A DNA stretch of 63,996 nt, counting the filler, from Bigelowiella natans CCMP2755 (lineage: Eukaryota > Protista > Cercozoa): the NCBI GenBank assembly GCA_000320545.1. It is 5 parts of 5 records of this genome, joined end to end, with 100 filler letters (N's around TTAATTAATTAA, not from the genome) between each part and the next. Parts side by side here need not be neighbours in the genome. Positions count along the whole stretch, not along the records: positions 39,834 to 59,406 come from ADNK01002629.1; positions 59,507 to 62,839 come from ADNK01003333.1; positions 62,940 to 63,996 come from ADNK01003734.1; 2 more parts are not named here. One strand, 5' to 3'. Made by a program: the position numbers and the translations under genes. Of the stretch, positions 53,101 to 63,996 are shown piece by piece (position 1 is the stretch's first letter; each line of letters begins with the position of its first letter). The notes beneath the pieces are model-generated. The model saw only the letters and a list, made by a program, of their open reading frames with translations, was not told the origin of the DNA and did not search any database.

Positions 53101-53620
53101 ATATTATTGAGATTATGCATACTAATATTTATCAATATTTCTTTTTTATAATTCTGATATCAAATTTTATTTGGGGGACCTGCAAAGAGCAAAGATTCTC
53201 TTTCTTCACCGACTCTTTGAGGTCTACGAGCGCCTCCACACTGCAACGAATAAAACCAATGAACAATGGCGGAGAACATCACCAGCAGCAGCAGCGTACA
53301 TTGCGTTGTTTGTGGGGATTGATGTTCAGAATTCGCTTTGCATCTTTGCAGTACGACTAACGAGCTCACTTACACGCGTGGAGGGGCCGGCCGATCATCA
53401 TTATTACTTTTTTATTTAATTCGTTATTATCTACAATCTATAGACTGGACAAGCTATGTAATCAATGCTGCGGCATTTCAAGTTTTCAATCTTTTCTTTC
53501 GGATGTGTTCTTTCCGATGAGGAAAGAACGATTTTGATCGTCAAACCGCACCCAGCAGGGCATCCTGTATCCGCATGGGTACGGACCCTTGTAGTTCCAC
53601 ACGCGACCTTGATTTACCAT

Positions 53621-53658
<38 letters not shown>

Positions 53659-54672
53659 TGTATGCAACATATTTGTATCAATAATATTATATGTATATGT
53701 ATATATATAAAAATATGTATACGATGATCACATGCATCTTGCATTTCGTGACGCGGATACACATTATCTACTGATGCGCTGGTTTACCATCCATTTAAGA
53801 GCGAGCGTGGCACGGCGACGGACATCGTCTCCTGTTACCCCCTCCTACTCAAACAGGTGTATACTTATTGTAAGAAAATCGGAACGTAACGTGAAACAAC
53901 ACGCCCAGCAGCTGCATTTCTTCTTCGAGATCGAGCGTCTCTTTATAGCACCTTCGCCTTTGCCCAGTTTGCTATTCCTAATACACCATGTATCCAATCA
54001 AACGTCGCATATCCGAAACGCTCACAACCAGCGGCAGAGCGAGCAAGCTCGATTCACCCGCAGCAGAGAGGATAAGATGCATGTTTGAATTCTTCGATCG
54101 TGGGATATTTACACGCTACTTAGGGAATGATGATGCGGTAGCTTTGTAGCACCAACACCGAAGGTTGTTGGGAGAATCCTCGAGTGTCAATAAACTATTG
54201 AAATCAGTTATATTCTCAGTATCTAGGTCGTGTACCCTCGACTAATGTTCCTGATATATTTTGCCATTCTTTTCCGATTAGGACAGCATCCTGTTTTCGG
54301 GGTGTTTTGGAGATAACAGCGAACAAAGAGCAACGAAACAATTCATTCGAGCTGCTTCCGTGGTAATTTCGGGCAGTGTTTATTGCTACGCACTATGTGA
54401 TACTTGAGGTTGGCACACATGCCTAGAGATGTGTGAAATCGCATGGTGGACAAGGAAGCAATCATATTTGTGTGTGCGCTGCTTTTATCGGCCAGTGGCA
54501 ACCAGGTGAAGATGCGGCTCGGCGTAGGTAGGAGTCACGAGATTGCCCCCTGTAAGCAGAGGAGAGGACACTTGGTAATGAGAATATTTGAGGTGTCGGG
54601 ATATATTTCGCATCTATTACGATTCGATGAGAACAAGGTCACACAGTAATGGAACTAGTAACGTTTCTAACT

Positions 54673-54719
<47 letters not shown>

Positions 54720-55278
54720 CTCTCTTTTCCCCCTTCCTCTCTCTGTGTCGCCTATCCTTCATGTAACACACACAATGCGCAGACTTGAGTACACCTGCAT
54801 CAATCACTCTGATCCCCGGAGCGTTCTGTTGAAGATAGTTATGTTTGAAATCAGAGAGTTCCAACAAAACCGTGTCCTATAAGGCACTCAAGTTCAGTAT
54901 TGTCGCCTAGTTGGCGAGTCTACCTCTGGTGCAGGCATATCAGCTGGTGTAAGCTTCAAAATCTCTCCAGATTCACCAGAAACATGAATATTTTTCAGCT
55001 CATACTCAGCCGCATCGTCCTCCTGTGTGTTTGTTGGATTTGGGGGGAAAGTAAGACGTTCAACAAACAATTCCACTGAACCCATGCTGCTGAAATCTTC
55101 GTGAAGATAGATACAGTTGAAAACTTACCCATATCCTTGCGTTTGTAACCACGAAGTCTGACCGGACTGTGCTCAGATGGCGGAGACCCGCTGCCGCATT
55201 TAAGCTCTTCAAGCTCTTTCCCTGGCTGTTCAGCCTCTGTAGAAGCTGCACGCACGGTTTCTTAGCGCGGTTGATCAT
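48679..55278 (-). CDS. codA: Bacterial-type (amidohydrolase-fold) cytosine deaminase, about 20 exons, with putative mitochondrial presequence
   Basis: AEPHLHL|DA, NISGTLVEG|IANW, VRTHAD, IVGFPQDG, IGAIPHLERTRE, IDVHCDETDDPHSR, AGHCTAMHSYN, VTNPL, GRFDNYPKRRGLARV, GLGHDSVVDPWYPLG|MGNLLD and VVREGMVIAENHPAKT. These are colinear with E. coli CodA as remembered. Confidence 0.93.
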
Positions 55279-56047
55279 ATTTATCCAGGACGCTGGCTCC
55301 CTGGAACGTTTTGGAAATCTGACTCGCCTGTATCGTCCTCCGGATAAATTAGACTAGGGGGGGGGGGTGGAGAATAATAGAGCACCTCTTTCTCTTTGCT
55401 TTTTGAGGATCCATTTTTTGTCGCACACCTGAAAAGCATTCCATTTTTTATTGAATTTCCCTCTAAAATGGCATAGGGAAAAACTTAATCCGCAGCGAAA
55501 TGGAGACGCCGGGCAAAGTGCCGTTTGTAAGACCGTCCGGTCCTTTACCAAAATTCATTTTTTCGCAAATTTTATTACATTATCCATAGAAATGTGGAAT
55601 TTTTGGTTGGCGTAGGTAAATACCACAGGTATGGCACGTTGTTTCTGGATCAGATATAAGGTTCAAAACTGATTCAATGGAACGGTTCAACTGCAGAGTT
55701 CACACTTCATTTGACAACTCTGTGTCTTTCTCTTGGGATGATGTTGTCGCCCTAACAAAATGTCAAGAGTTCTCTTCGGTCGACAGTGTTCGTTTCTTTT
55801 CGTCCAGCCTTAACTGCTCGTACATTTATTCGTAAGTGGCGTGAAAAGTCATTATTTTTTTTATGACGACAAGGGAACTAAACATTATTATTTCAAAATA
55901 CATCGCATTTTAGTGATTTTGTCGTTTTATTGGAGACCATGGAAGCTGAATGTTCGACTAATTCTTTTGTCTTCGATCCCCCCTTGCCTCTGGCATATAC
56001 CCCCTTCCCCTCCCCACACTCTTTTGATACTAGAAGGGCAACATCCG

Positions 56048-56915
56048 ATGCAGTCATCATCGGGGACGGCGATGATAAGGCTTCTTTCCCCTACTCAGTC
56101 GTCCCCCTCCTCTCCTTCAAATGACCTTCAGCGACAGCTCGAAGAGTTGAAAGCTGAAGCGGGGAAAAAAAGGCGCTCTTGGACCTCCATTTTCGGATTC
56201 GAATGGCTACCGTCGTCGCTACTACGCCCATTGATAGACACACATTCATCTTCAACCACACAGTCGCTTCTTCCTTCCTTCTCAAAGGTCGACGCCAACG
56301 ATGGGAAGCGGGACCATGCGTTCAATAACTACTTTACAGCTGAACACGACGGATGCCACTCCTCCTCCTCCTCTCCGACCCACAACTCTGCCCCGACTTT
56401 CGTTCCGGATGTTGGCATGCTTGATCTGGACGATGGGGGGGAGATGGTTGTTCGGGAAAGGTCGTATGGATCGTTCTCGTCGCTGGTAAACAAAATAAAA
56501 ACCCTGTTACACGATGTTTCACTTTCTTCGCGTCCTGCTTATCGTCTGCTTATCTTGTCATCATCAAAAATGATGATAATAGGTATCGTCCCTAACATTA
56601 ATATCTGACCCTGTGACGCTAAAGCAATGGGTGCGCTTTGCCTTTTTGCTCGGAATAATTACGCTGGCAGCAAACGCCATACAAGGCGGACTAGCTTTCT
56701 GGCTGGGTAAATTCTTTGTTTTCCCACATTTACTTTTAAATAATTTCAAAGCGTGCTCTCTTTACTATTTATTCGATAGAAAAACGACTATTTCTCGCCA
56801 TTTCTCCGCAGATCAACAACTGAATGTGAATATAGTTGAATTCATGGACTTCTCACTTGTTTCTAGTTAAATTGATTCCAATTTCTTATCCCACGCACTG
56901 AGGCAATTACTACAC

Positions 56916-56969
<54 letters not shown>

Positions 56970-56981
56970 CAATATATATAT

Positions 56982-57017
<36 letters not shown>

Positions 57018-58888
57018 ATGTAAACTGCAGGTTGCCAAACATCCTCAATAGCCTTAATGAACTTCAGCATAGATTCTTACGTCGAGGTAGTACACTCATC
57101 AGCACACCATCGATCCAATGACAGCATGCTACATCAATCACTACATCGCCACATCATACTACGCACATGCTTGAATGCATGTTATTGTGTTTATGAGAGT
57201 GGGGAGGGGTTGAGGGGAGGGGTTGAGGGGAGGGAAATGACGAGTAAAGCGCGAAGAGACGCATATGCGAAGATTGGTTCAACCCTCCCTCCAATTTAGG
57301 TTCTTTCAGCAATTCTTACAATCATACGGTTAGCCTCCGCAAAAACAGGTCGATTATTCTTCTTTTACCTTTGTTACTCCGTGCATGTTATGCTACTGTT
57401 CTTGGCCAGTCAAGGGCTCGTACAACACGCTGTTTCTTGCACGTTTTCCCACGCAACCGACGTCTAGCCATAGCAGTGGTTGCGAGCGAAACGATGGTTC
57501 TTCTTCGATTCGTCGGTCGCGCAAAATACTGTTTCTTTTTACGATTAAACACACCTAAATACGCCTCCAATTCTCATAACTGTTTGCCGTATGCTTGGAC
57601 GCGCTAGGGCGGTGCGAGGAGGAGGAGCGATTGCTCGTTACCCCCCGGAAGTGCAGCTATGACGGTGGCGAGGAGGGCGACGATATGCACGGCAGCGCGG
57701 TTGGGACGTGTGCCGATAACTCCCTGGACGCATCATCGTCTGTCAATAGCTGTTATCAATACAAACGGCAGGGTGATACGAAGGACAACGACACGGTCGT
57801 TACGCTGGACGCTGTTCCTCCTAGCAGCTTCGAGGCGCGAGCAGCAAGCTCGAGCACTTCTATAAGGACGCTTCGCAATAGCAGCAGGCCTCCTTTCACT
57901 CAAATTACCAGTAAGGAGGAGGAGGAGGGGGAGGAGGTGGAGGAGGAGGGTGACAGAAACAATGCAATCATGATTGAGGAGATAAAAGGCGGAAAGAGGA
58001 GGAAGGAGGCTGAAAGCTATCGTGACACATCAGCGAGAAAGCTGAAGGCAAAGAGGCCAGGCAAGGGCGAGGATACTTGCTACTCTCCCAGATTGCTGTT
58101 TCCTCCTACTACTAGTAGTGCGAATGCCGGCTCACAGAGTGCTGCATCTTCCTCCGTATCACCGCCCTGCCCCCTCTCCTCCTCCTCCTTGTCCTCACAA
58201 ATTAGCAATGCAAAGAGCTCAGCTGGCAGAGTTTTCGAGATGGAAACAATGAGCATCAACGGAAAAAGACAGCCTAAAGAGGACATTAAGGAGGAGGCGG
58301 CGATCACGAGGCAGGGAGGGTATACGATTGGAGATAAAGACTTGAGAAAGCAAACGAAATTCCAACATAGCTCTCCCCCCACCAGCGGCAGTAGAGGAGA
58401 CGACTTGTCTCCAAAGAAACGAGGGATAATATACGGAGATATCAACTCTAGATTTCGAGAGGGCATTGGCCAATATAAAAGTAACCCCCCCCCACCCCCC
58501 CCACCTTTCCCCCCCCCCCCCATCGTATTGAGTAGGCGCAGAGACCGGTGATTTTTGAGATTGTCATTTCTTCGAGAAGAATGGAACTTTCATTTAACAA
58601 TATGCAAGATACGAATTGCTGTAAATCGTCGTCCTAACTAGAGAGTCAGGATTTGGATATGGGGTTTGTTTGGGGAGGTGGGGGGGGTGGGGGGGGGGTT
58701 GATTTGTGGGGTTGATTTGGGATTGTGATTCCCACTGCTACTGCTGCTGGATGTGATGCGTATGTGTAGGTACCACGAACTTCACGACGATTACTACTGA
58801 AACGTCATCAACGCGGAAAGTTGGGATAAATTATATATATATATATATATATATAATATGTGTGTGTGTGTGTGTGTGCGCATTTGTG

Positions 58889-58929
<41 letters not shown>

Positions 58930-59308
58930 ATATTCAGAGTTGATATACATAAACCATAGGAATGGAGACGGCACATGGCTGAGAAGGGCTTTTCATTAGT
59001 AAGTACAAGCAGCAGCACCATAGAAGAAGAGAAGAAGCAAAAAAACACGAAGAACCGCAATAATGAGTGTACTAAAATATGAATTAATATATATATATAT
59101 ATATATATATTCCGCGCGAGAATTTGATGGGAAAGCACCGCTACTACGAATGATATGTATTGCGTAACTCCCTGCAAGGTTATCGGTCTCCTCCTCCTGC
59201 TTCTAGCTATTGGGACATTCACGGCAGCAATATCCTCCGCATTGAGCAGATCTAGTGCTCCGGCAGCACCCGCAGAGAAAGAGGCAAAATCAAGAGCAGC
59301 CGCATATG
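56048..59308 (+). CDS. TMEM163-like / cation diffusion facilitator-related membrane protein, partial (cut by gap), with long low-complexity insert
   Basis: TM exons FLLGIITLAANAIQGGLAFWLG|CQTSSIALMNFSIDSYVE|VLSAILTIIRL, then after the insert AEKGFSL|VIGLLLLLLAIGTF. The S.AL..F..DS..E..S pattern fits this family. Confidence 0.6.
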
Positions 59309-59370
59309 GTGGGAGGCATTTCGAATTGCTTTGACCATATTACATATGTGTGCTATATATATGTTAATGC

Positions 59371-59406
<36 letters not shown>

Positions 59407-59506
59407 NNNNNNNNNNNNNNNNNNNNNNNNNNNNNNNNNNNNNNNNNNNNTTAATTAATTAANNNNNNNNNNNNNNNNNNNNNNNNNNNNNNNNNNNNNN
59501 NNNNNN
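59407..59506. other. Artificial contig linker
   Basis: N run containing TTAATTAATTAA. Confidence 0.97.
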
Positions 59507-59745
59507 ATAATACCAACCGGAGAGGAGTGGGGCGCTCCAGGTTTGCTTCTGGCGCGCGTTTTGTCGTGGTGTAGTACATCTCACACTCCTCGCGCGTGAT
59601 GCCGGCGCACCGCCTCGTGGCGTTGCAAAGCATCGTATTTGCGAGCAGTTGCGCAGCCGTGAAAAACGAGCGCATGCGCTGTGTACGCATTGTGGGTGCA
59701 GTATTTTTACAATATATATATATATACACACACACACACACGTAC

Positions 59746-59807
<62 letters not shown>

Positions 59808-59876
59808 GCATTAGCCATTAACATAATCGCAGCATTAGTTAACTCTGTCTGTATACAACTTATGTATCATATCCTC

Positions 59877-59944
<68 letters not shown>

Positions 59945-59951
59945 ATATCAC

Positions 59952-61598
59952 CCATCGGACGGTTCAATTAGATCGGTTGCTGGTGCGCCATATTGCAAGG
60001 TGTAATTGCGAAGCATTCTGATAGCAGTAGTAGTAGTAGCACAAAATACAAAAGACTTAGATTGGATAATATACATAAGATAACGGAAACGAGCACCACA
60101 GCACAACACAACACAGCAGCATATCAAATGTTAATAGTCTCATTATTTGTCGTAATGAGGCTGGACAAGTAGTAAAATCTAAATACTTCTCTTGTCGTTT
60201 CATCATAAGTTAATGATCGATAACACTACACCGCCACAAAACAAAGAAGAAAGAGAAGAAATAATAAACTAATGAAGAAAGAACTCTTCTATACATCGTC
60301 GTATCATAATTTGAACATAGGTAATGAATAAAACAATAGAGAACTAACACCGCTAACTATTACTACCACTACTACTAATAGTACCTAGAGCAATCTACTA
60401 CCATGTAATAATTACTACAACTAGTTGTATTACTAATAATACTACTACTACTACTAGTAGTAGTAGTAGTAATAATAGTAACAATAGTACCCAGAGCAAT
60501 CTACTAACATATAATAATAGTTATTATTACTACTAATAGTAGTACTAGTAGTACCCAAACCAATCTGGTTGAAAATAACCCAGCTTGAAGTTACCATATG
60601 ACTCTGATGATGATTGCATAATTTCCTACCAATCAGCATAGAGTCAGTCATTACTGCTAGCATTTGATGATGATGATGATAATGATGACGACGATGATGA
60701 TGATGATGATGATGGTGCTAATCGTTAAAGAAGAAACGATGGATGCGTGGTTAAAGAATAATTGCTTGTGTTTGTGGAGGTAGTGGGATTGCAAGTAGTA
60801 GTAGTAGTAGCAGCAGCAGCAGCTTTAGAAAAAAGGTAGTAGTAGTAGTAGTAGTTCAAGTAGTAGTATCTTGATACAACAATAACAATAATAACAACAA
60901 CCTCCTGTGTGTGTGTGTGTGTGTGTGTGCGTGTTTGCGTGTGCAATACGAAGAGAGGGAAAGAGAGGGAGACCGATGGTGATTCTTATTCCTCTAATCT
61001 CACAGTCTTTTTTATTAGAATTATTTCTCGTAAAACAAATCTCTCGTCATACAGAAAACGATGATCACATTAATGGTGATGATGACAAGAACAACAACAA
61101 CAACACAACAACAATGATGATGATGATTATGATTATTATTATTATTATTCTAATGATAATAGTGAGAATGGAAAATTATCAATACTTGATACTGTTTGTT
61201 GAGAGAAAATGGAAATTATCAATACTTGATACTGTTTGTTGAGAGAAAATGCCCACTCTGAGGTTATGTTCCGTAGCGTTTCGTTCGAGTTTAGCCATCC
61301 ATTACAAGGACTATGTTGTTGTTGTTGTTGTTGTTATTATTAGTGTTGTTGTTGTTGTCTATTTAATAGTTTGATAGCAACGAAGGATAAGTAGCAAATA
61401 TCAACTATATTATTTGTTATTTTAGGCCTATCTTGCAAAACGAAGTTGTAGTAGTAGTAGTAGTAATTTGCAGTATTAATAGTGGGATCGATCATCATCG
61501 TCGATGAAAATGAGACAGCAGCAGCAGTTGTAATGGGTGAAAGAAGAAGAAGAACATCATATTAGTCCAATATCATAGATGCGCAACTGTGATATATA

Positions 61599-61646
<48 letters not shown>

Positions 61647-61898
61647 GTAATATATCAGTATATTAATATTAATATAATATTGATTGTGAAGGTGGAAGAA
61701 GCACCTTATTCCTTCGCATGCAAGGAAATCATAGACTTCGTGATACTTTGGACCTATCGTTATCGTGTACTTAGTGTGTGTGTGTGTGTGTGTGTGTGTA
61801 GCAGCAGCATGATTATTACCAAGTGGATGTGTTTGAGCGTGCATAGTATCCCATAGAACACCTAAAATCATTATTATGAGACATATTATAAGTAAAAT

Positions 61899-61934
<36 letters not shown>

Positions 61935-62684
61935 CTTGGGTGCAATACAAAGGAGAAGGCGGTATAGTAAGTAGTTGAGCTATCATCCACGGTTACTCTT
62001 GTAATATGATATTATTATTTATGTTAGTAGCGAATTATCATCGGCTGTAACTAATTAATAGTTGAAGTAGTTGTAGGTGAGAATGAGAGTATTGAATGGA
62101 TCAGTAGTAATAGAAAGATAAATAGTAGTTGTATATGTTATGTTAATTAGTAGTACGTACGTCCATCAACAAGCCCTTGCATCACAACGAAAGACCCATT
62201 AGGCAACTAATGTTAAATAATAAATCATAAGCATAATCATAATAATGCATATAACGATAATAAATAATAATAATGATGATAATAATAATAGAGGACAGGC
62301 ATTGTGAATAAATGATAAGAAACAAAGACTCCGACGTGATGTGACAGCCATAACCATCATAACCATCATCATCACCATCATCATCATCACAATCCTCATT
62401 ATTACAATCTTGTCAAGTTCTGCTAAAGATTCTTTCACACTAGTCAGGAACTTTTCTGGGGGAGTCATGTGTGTAGTTCCTACAACAACACAAACAACAA
62501 CATGGATTATCAGTATAACAACATGGATTATCAGTATAATAGAATAAAAATGGTATAATGTGAATAATATAATGAGGATGATGAATAATACATGCTAGTA
62601 GTAGTAGTAGTTAGTACCTGGATGACCATTGCAAACATCGTTACCGATGAGAGAAAACAATACCAAAGCAGGATGATCAAGTAC
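59952..62684 (-). CDS. AOAH: Acyloxyacyl hydrolase (GDSL-type LPS deacylase), internal fragment
   Basis: VLDHPALVLFSLIGNDVCNGHP|GTTHMTPPEKF...|LPNGSFVVMQGLVDG|VLWDTMHAQTHPLG|PKYHEVYDFLACEGI|SPCNGWLNSNETLRNITSE...DLIEPSDG. This is colinear with the AOAH C-terminal half. Confidence 0.88.
61168..61251 (+). repeat. Tandem duplication of about 40 bp in an intron
   Basis: aaattatcaatacttgatactgtttgttgagagaaaatg occurs twice in tandem. Confidence 0.85.
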
Positions 62685-62752
62685 CTGGAGAAGAAAAAGA
62701 AGAAAAAGAAGAAGAAGAAGAAGAGACAGAGATTATTGTTGGTAGGACACAC

Positions 62753-62839
<87 letters not shown>

Positions 62840-62939
62840 NNNNNNNNNNNNNNNNNNNNNNNNNNNNNNNNNNNNNNNNNNNNTTAATTAATTAANNNNN
62901 NNNNNNNNNNNNNNNNNNNNNNNNNNNNNNNNNNNNNNN
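62840..62939. other. Artificial contig linker
   Basis: N run containing TTAATTAATTAA. Confidence 0.97.
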
Positions 62940-63565
62940 AGACTTGCTCGCACGTGCTATGGCTCATGAGGTCGTCTTCGCCCTCCCCCCCCCCTCCCTT
63001 AAATGTATGCGAAAAATGATCTCTGATTAGACCAGCACTCTACTGGTCTCCTCTCAGGGTGGGGGTCCCTTACTGGGGCTACGAGCCTCGGATCTTTTCT
63101 CCAAGGATTTTGGCCAGAGTGGAAGGGCGGGACATGACTGCTTTTCCCTTCCACTTTTACTCTTTGCCGGCGTTATCGTCGTCATGTATAGGTGAAGGTG
63201 TGTGTGCCTGCGTGCGTGCGTGTGTGTGTTTGTTTGTTTTTTTGTCCAACGAAGAGGGGAGAGGGGAAAGAGCGGGTGGGGGTGTGTGTGTTCTTTCCAA
63301 TCGCCGTCACTCAACATTAGAGTGATCCCCTCCCCTGCTCTGATATCATACCGGTATCGAACGCCACAGCCTTGCCCCATCCTTTCTGGGTTCCTCCTGC
63401 TGCTGCTGGTACTGGTGGGTTGGGCAAATGGGATTGATGGTGGGGTGGATGGTGGTGCTCCTGGGAATCATGGGGGCGGGGGGGGGAGTCCCTTCCGGCA
63501 GGCCAAGGCGCAGTCTCCGTGTGTGGTAGTAGTCAGTTGTTTTTCATGCTGACTGCTTACATTAC

Positions 63566-63606
<41 letters not shown>

Positions 63607-63996
63607 GTATAGCTAACTCACGGTGTGCTATTCCCTCCCCCCCCCCCCCTCCCCTTCTTCCCCCTTGTTGAGTAAATCCCGATCGATGAGATCCACGGGA
63701 TAGGAGGGCGCCGTGGGGGGGCAACAATGGCGGGGGGCGGGGGTGAGAGTGAGGTGCAATCACGCGTTCTCTCAGCGCTTTTGAACAAAAAGGATGGCAT
63801 TGAGGTAGTAGTAGTAATAGTAGTAGTAGCAGCAGCAGAAGCGAGTTGTCGTAATCAGCATAATCTCGTTATCATCGTGTGGTTTCGTATCGATCTGCAT
63901 GCAGCAGCAGCAGCAGCAGCAGCAGCTGGTATCATTATATTCAAAGCAGTAGCTGTCGCAATATATCTGCGTCCAGGCGAACACGCACACACACAT

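Noticed and set aside
20614-55278. AMP deaminase or CodA as the cause of the TpA mutation pattern
   Set aside because: Both are amidohydrolase-fold enzymes acting on free nucleotides or bases, not on DNA. Proximity is not evidence.
7311-63996. Many ORFs with [20 protein letters not shown] or poly-amino-acid runs
   Set aside because: Translations of intronic (TA)n, (CA)n, (GA)n and trinucleotide microsatellites, or antisense shadows of real exons.
62940-63996. ORFs in the last contig
   Set aside because: Mostly low-complexity, intron-like sequence with no recognisable protein motif.

Overview
Intron-rich eukaryotic (protist-like) nuclear DNA. It consists of five contigs joined by artificial 100-nt N/TTAATTAATTAA linkers. 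Introns are short and full of microsatellites, so most ORFs in the supplied track are spurious; I reconstructed the genes by splicing exons by hand. Genes found: a DUF4432-family protein with a PTS2 signal (-), a tiny Cox9/COX6C-like protein (-), a tandem chromo-barrel + OTU + UIM deubiquitinase (+), a PhyH-type dioxygenase (-), a truncated flavin amine oxidase (+), a CLASP/TOG-like protein (-), AMP deaminase (+), a long mitochondrial PPR-like protein with an Smr-like C-terminus (-), cobyric acid synthase CobQ/CbiP (-), a bacterial-type cytosine deaminase CodA (-), a TMEM163/CDF-like transporter (+) and part of an acyloxyacyl hydrolase (-). The strongest unexplained signal is non-coding. Intergenic domains have lost almost every TpA except those inside CTAG, and paired repeat copies show TpA to TpG/CpA transitions. 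This looks like a RIP-like hypermutation system running opposite to fungal RIP. The second highlight is an intact, many-intron cobalamin-pathway enzyme (CobQ) in a eukaryote. Exon boundaries and counts are manual and approximate.
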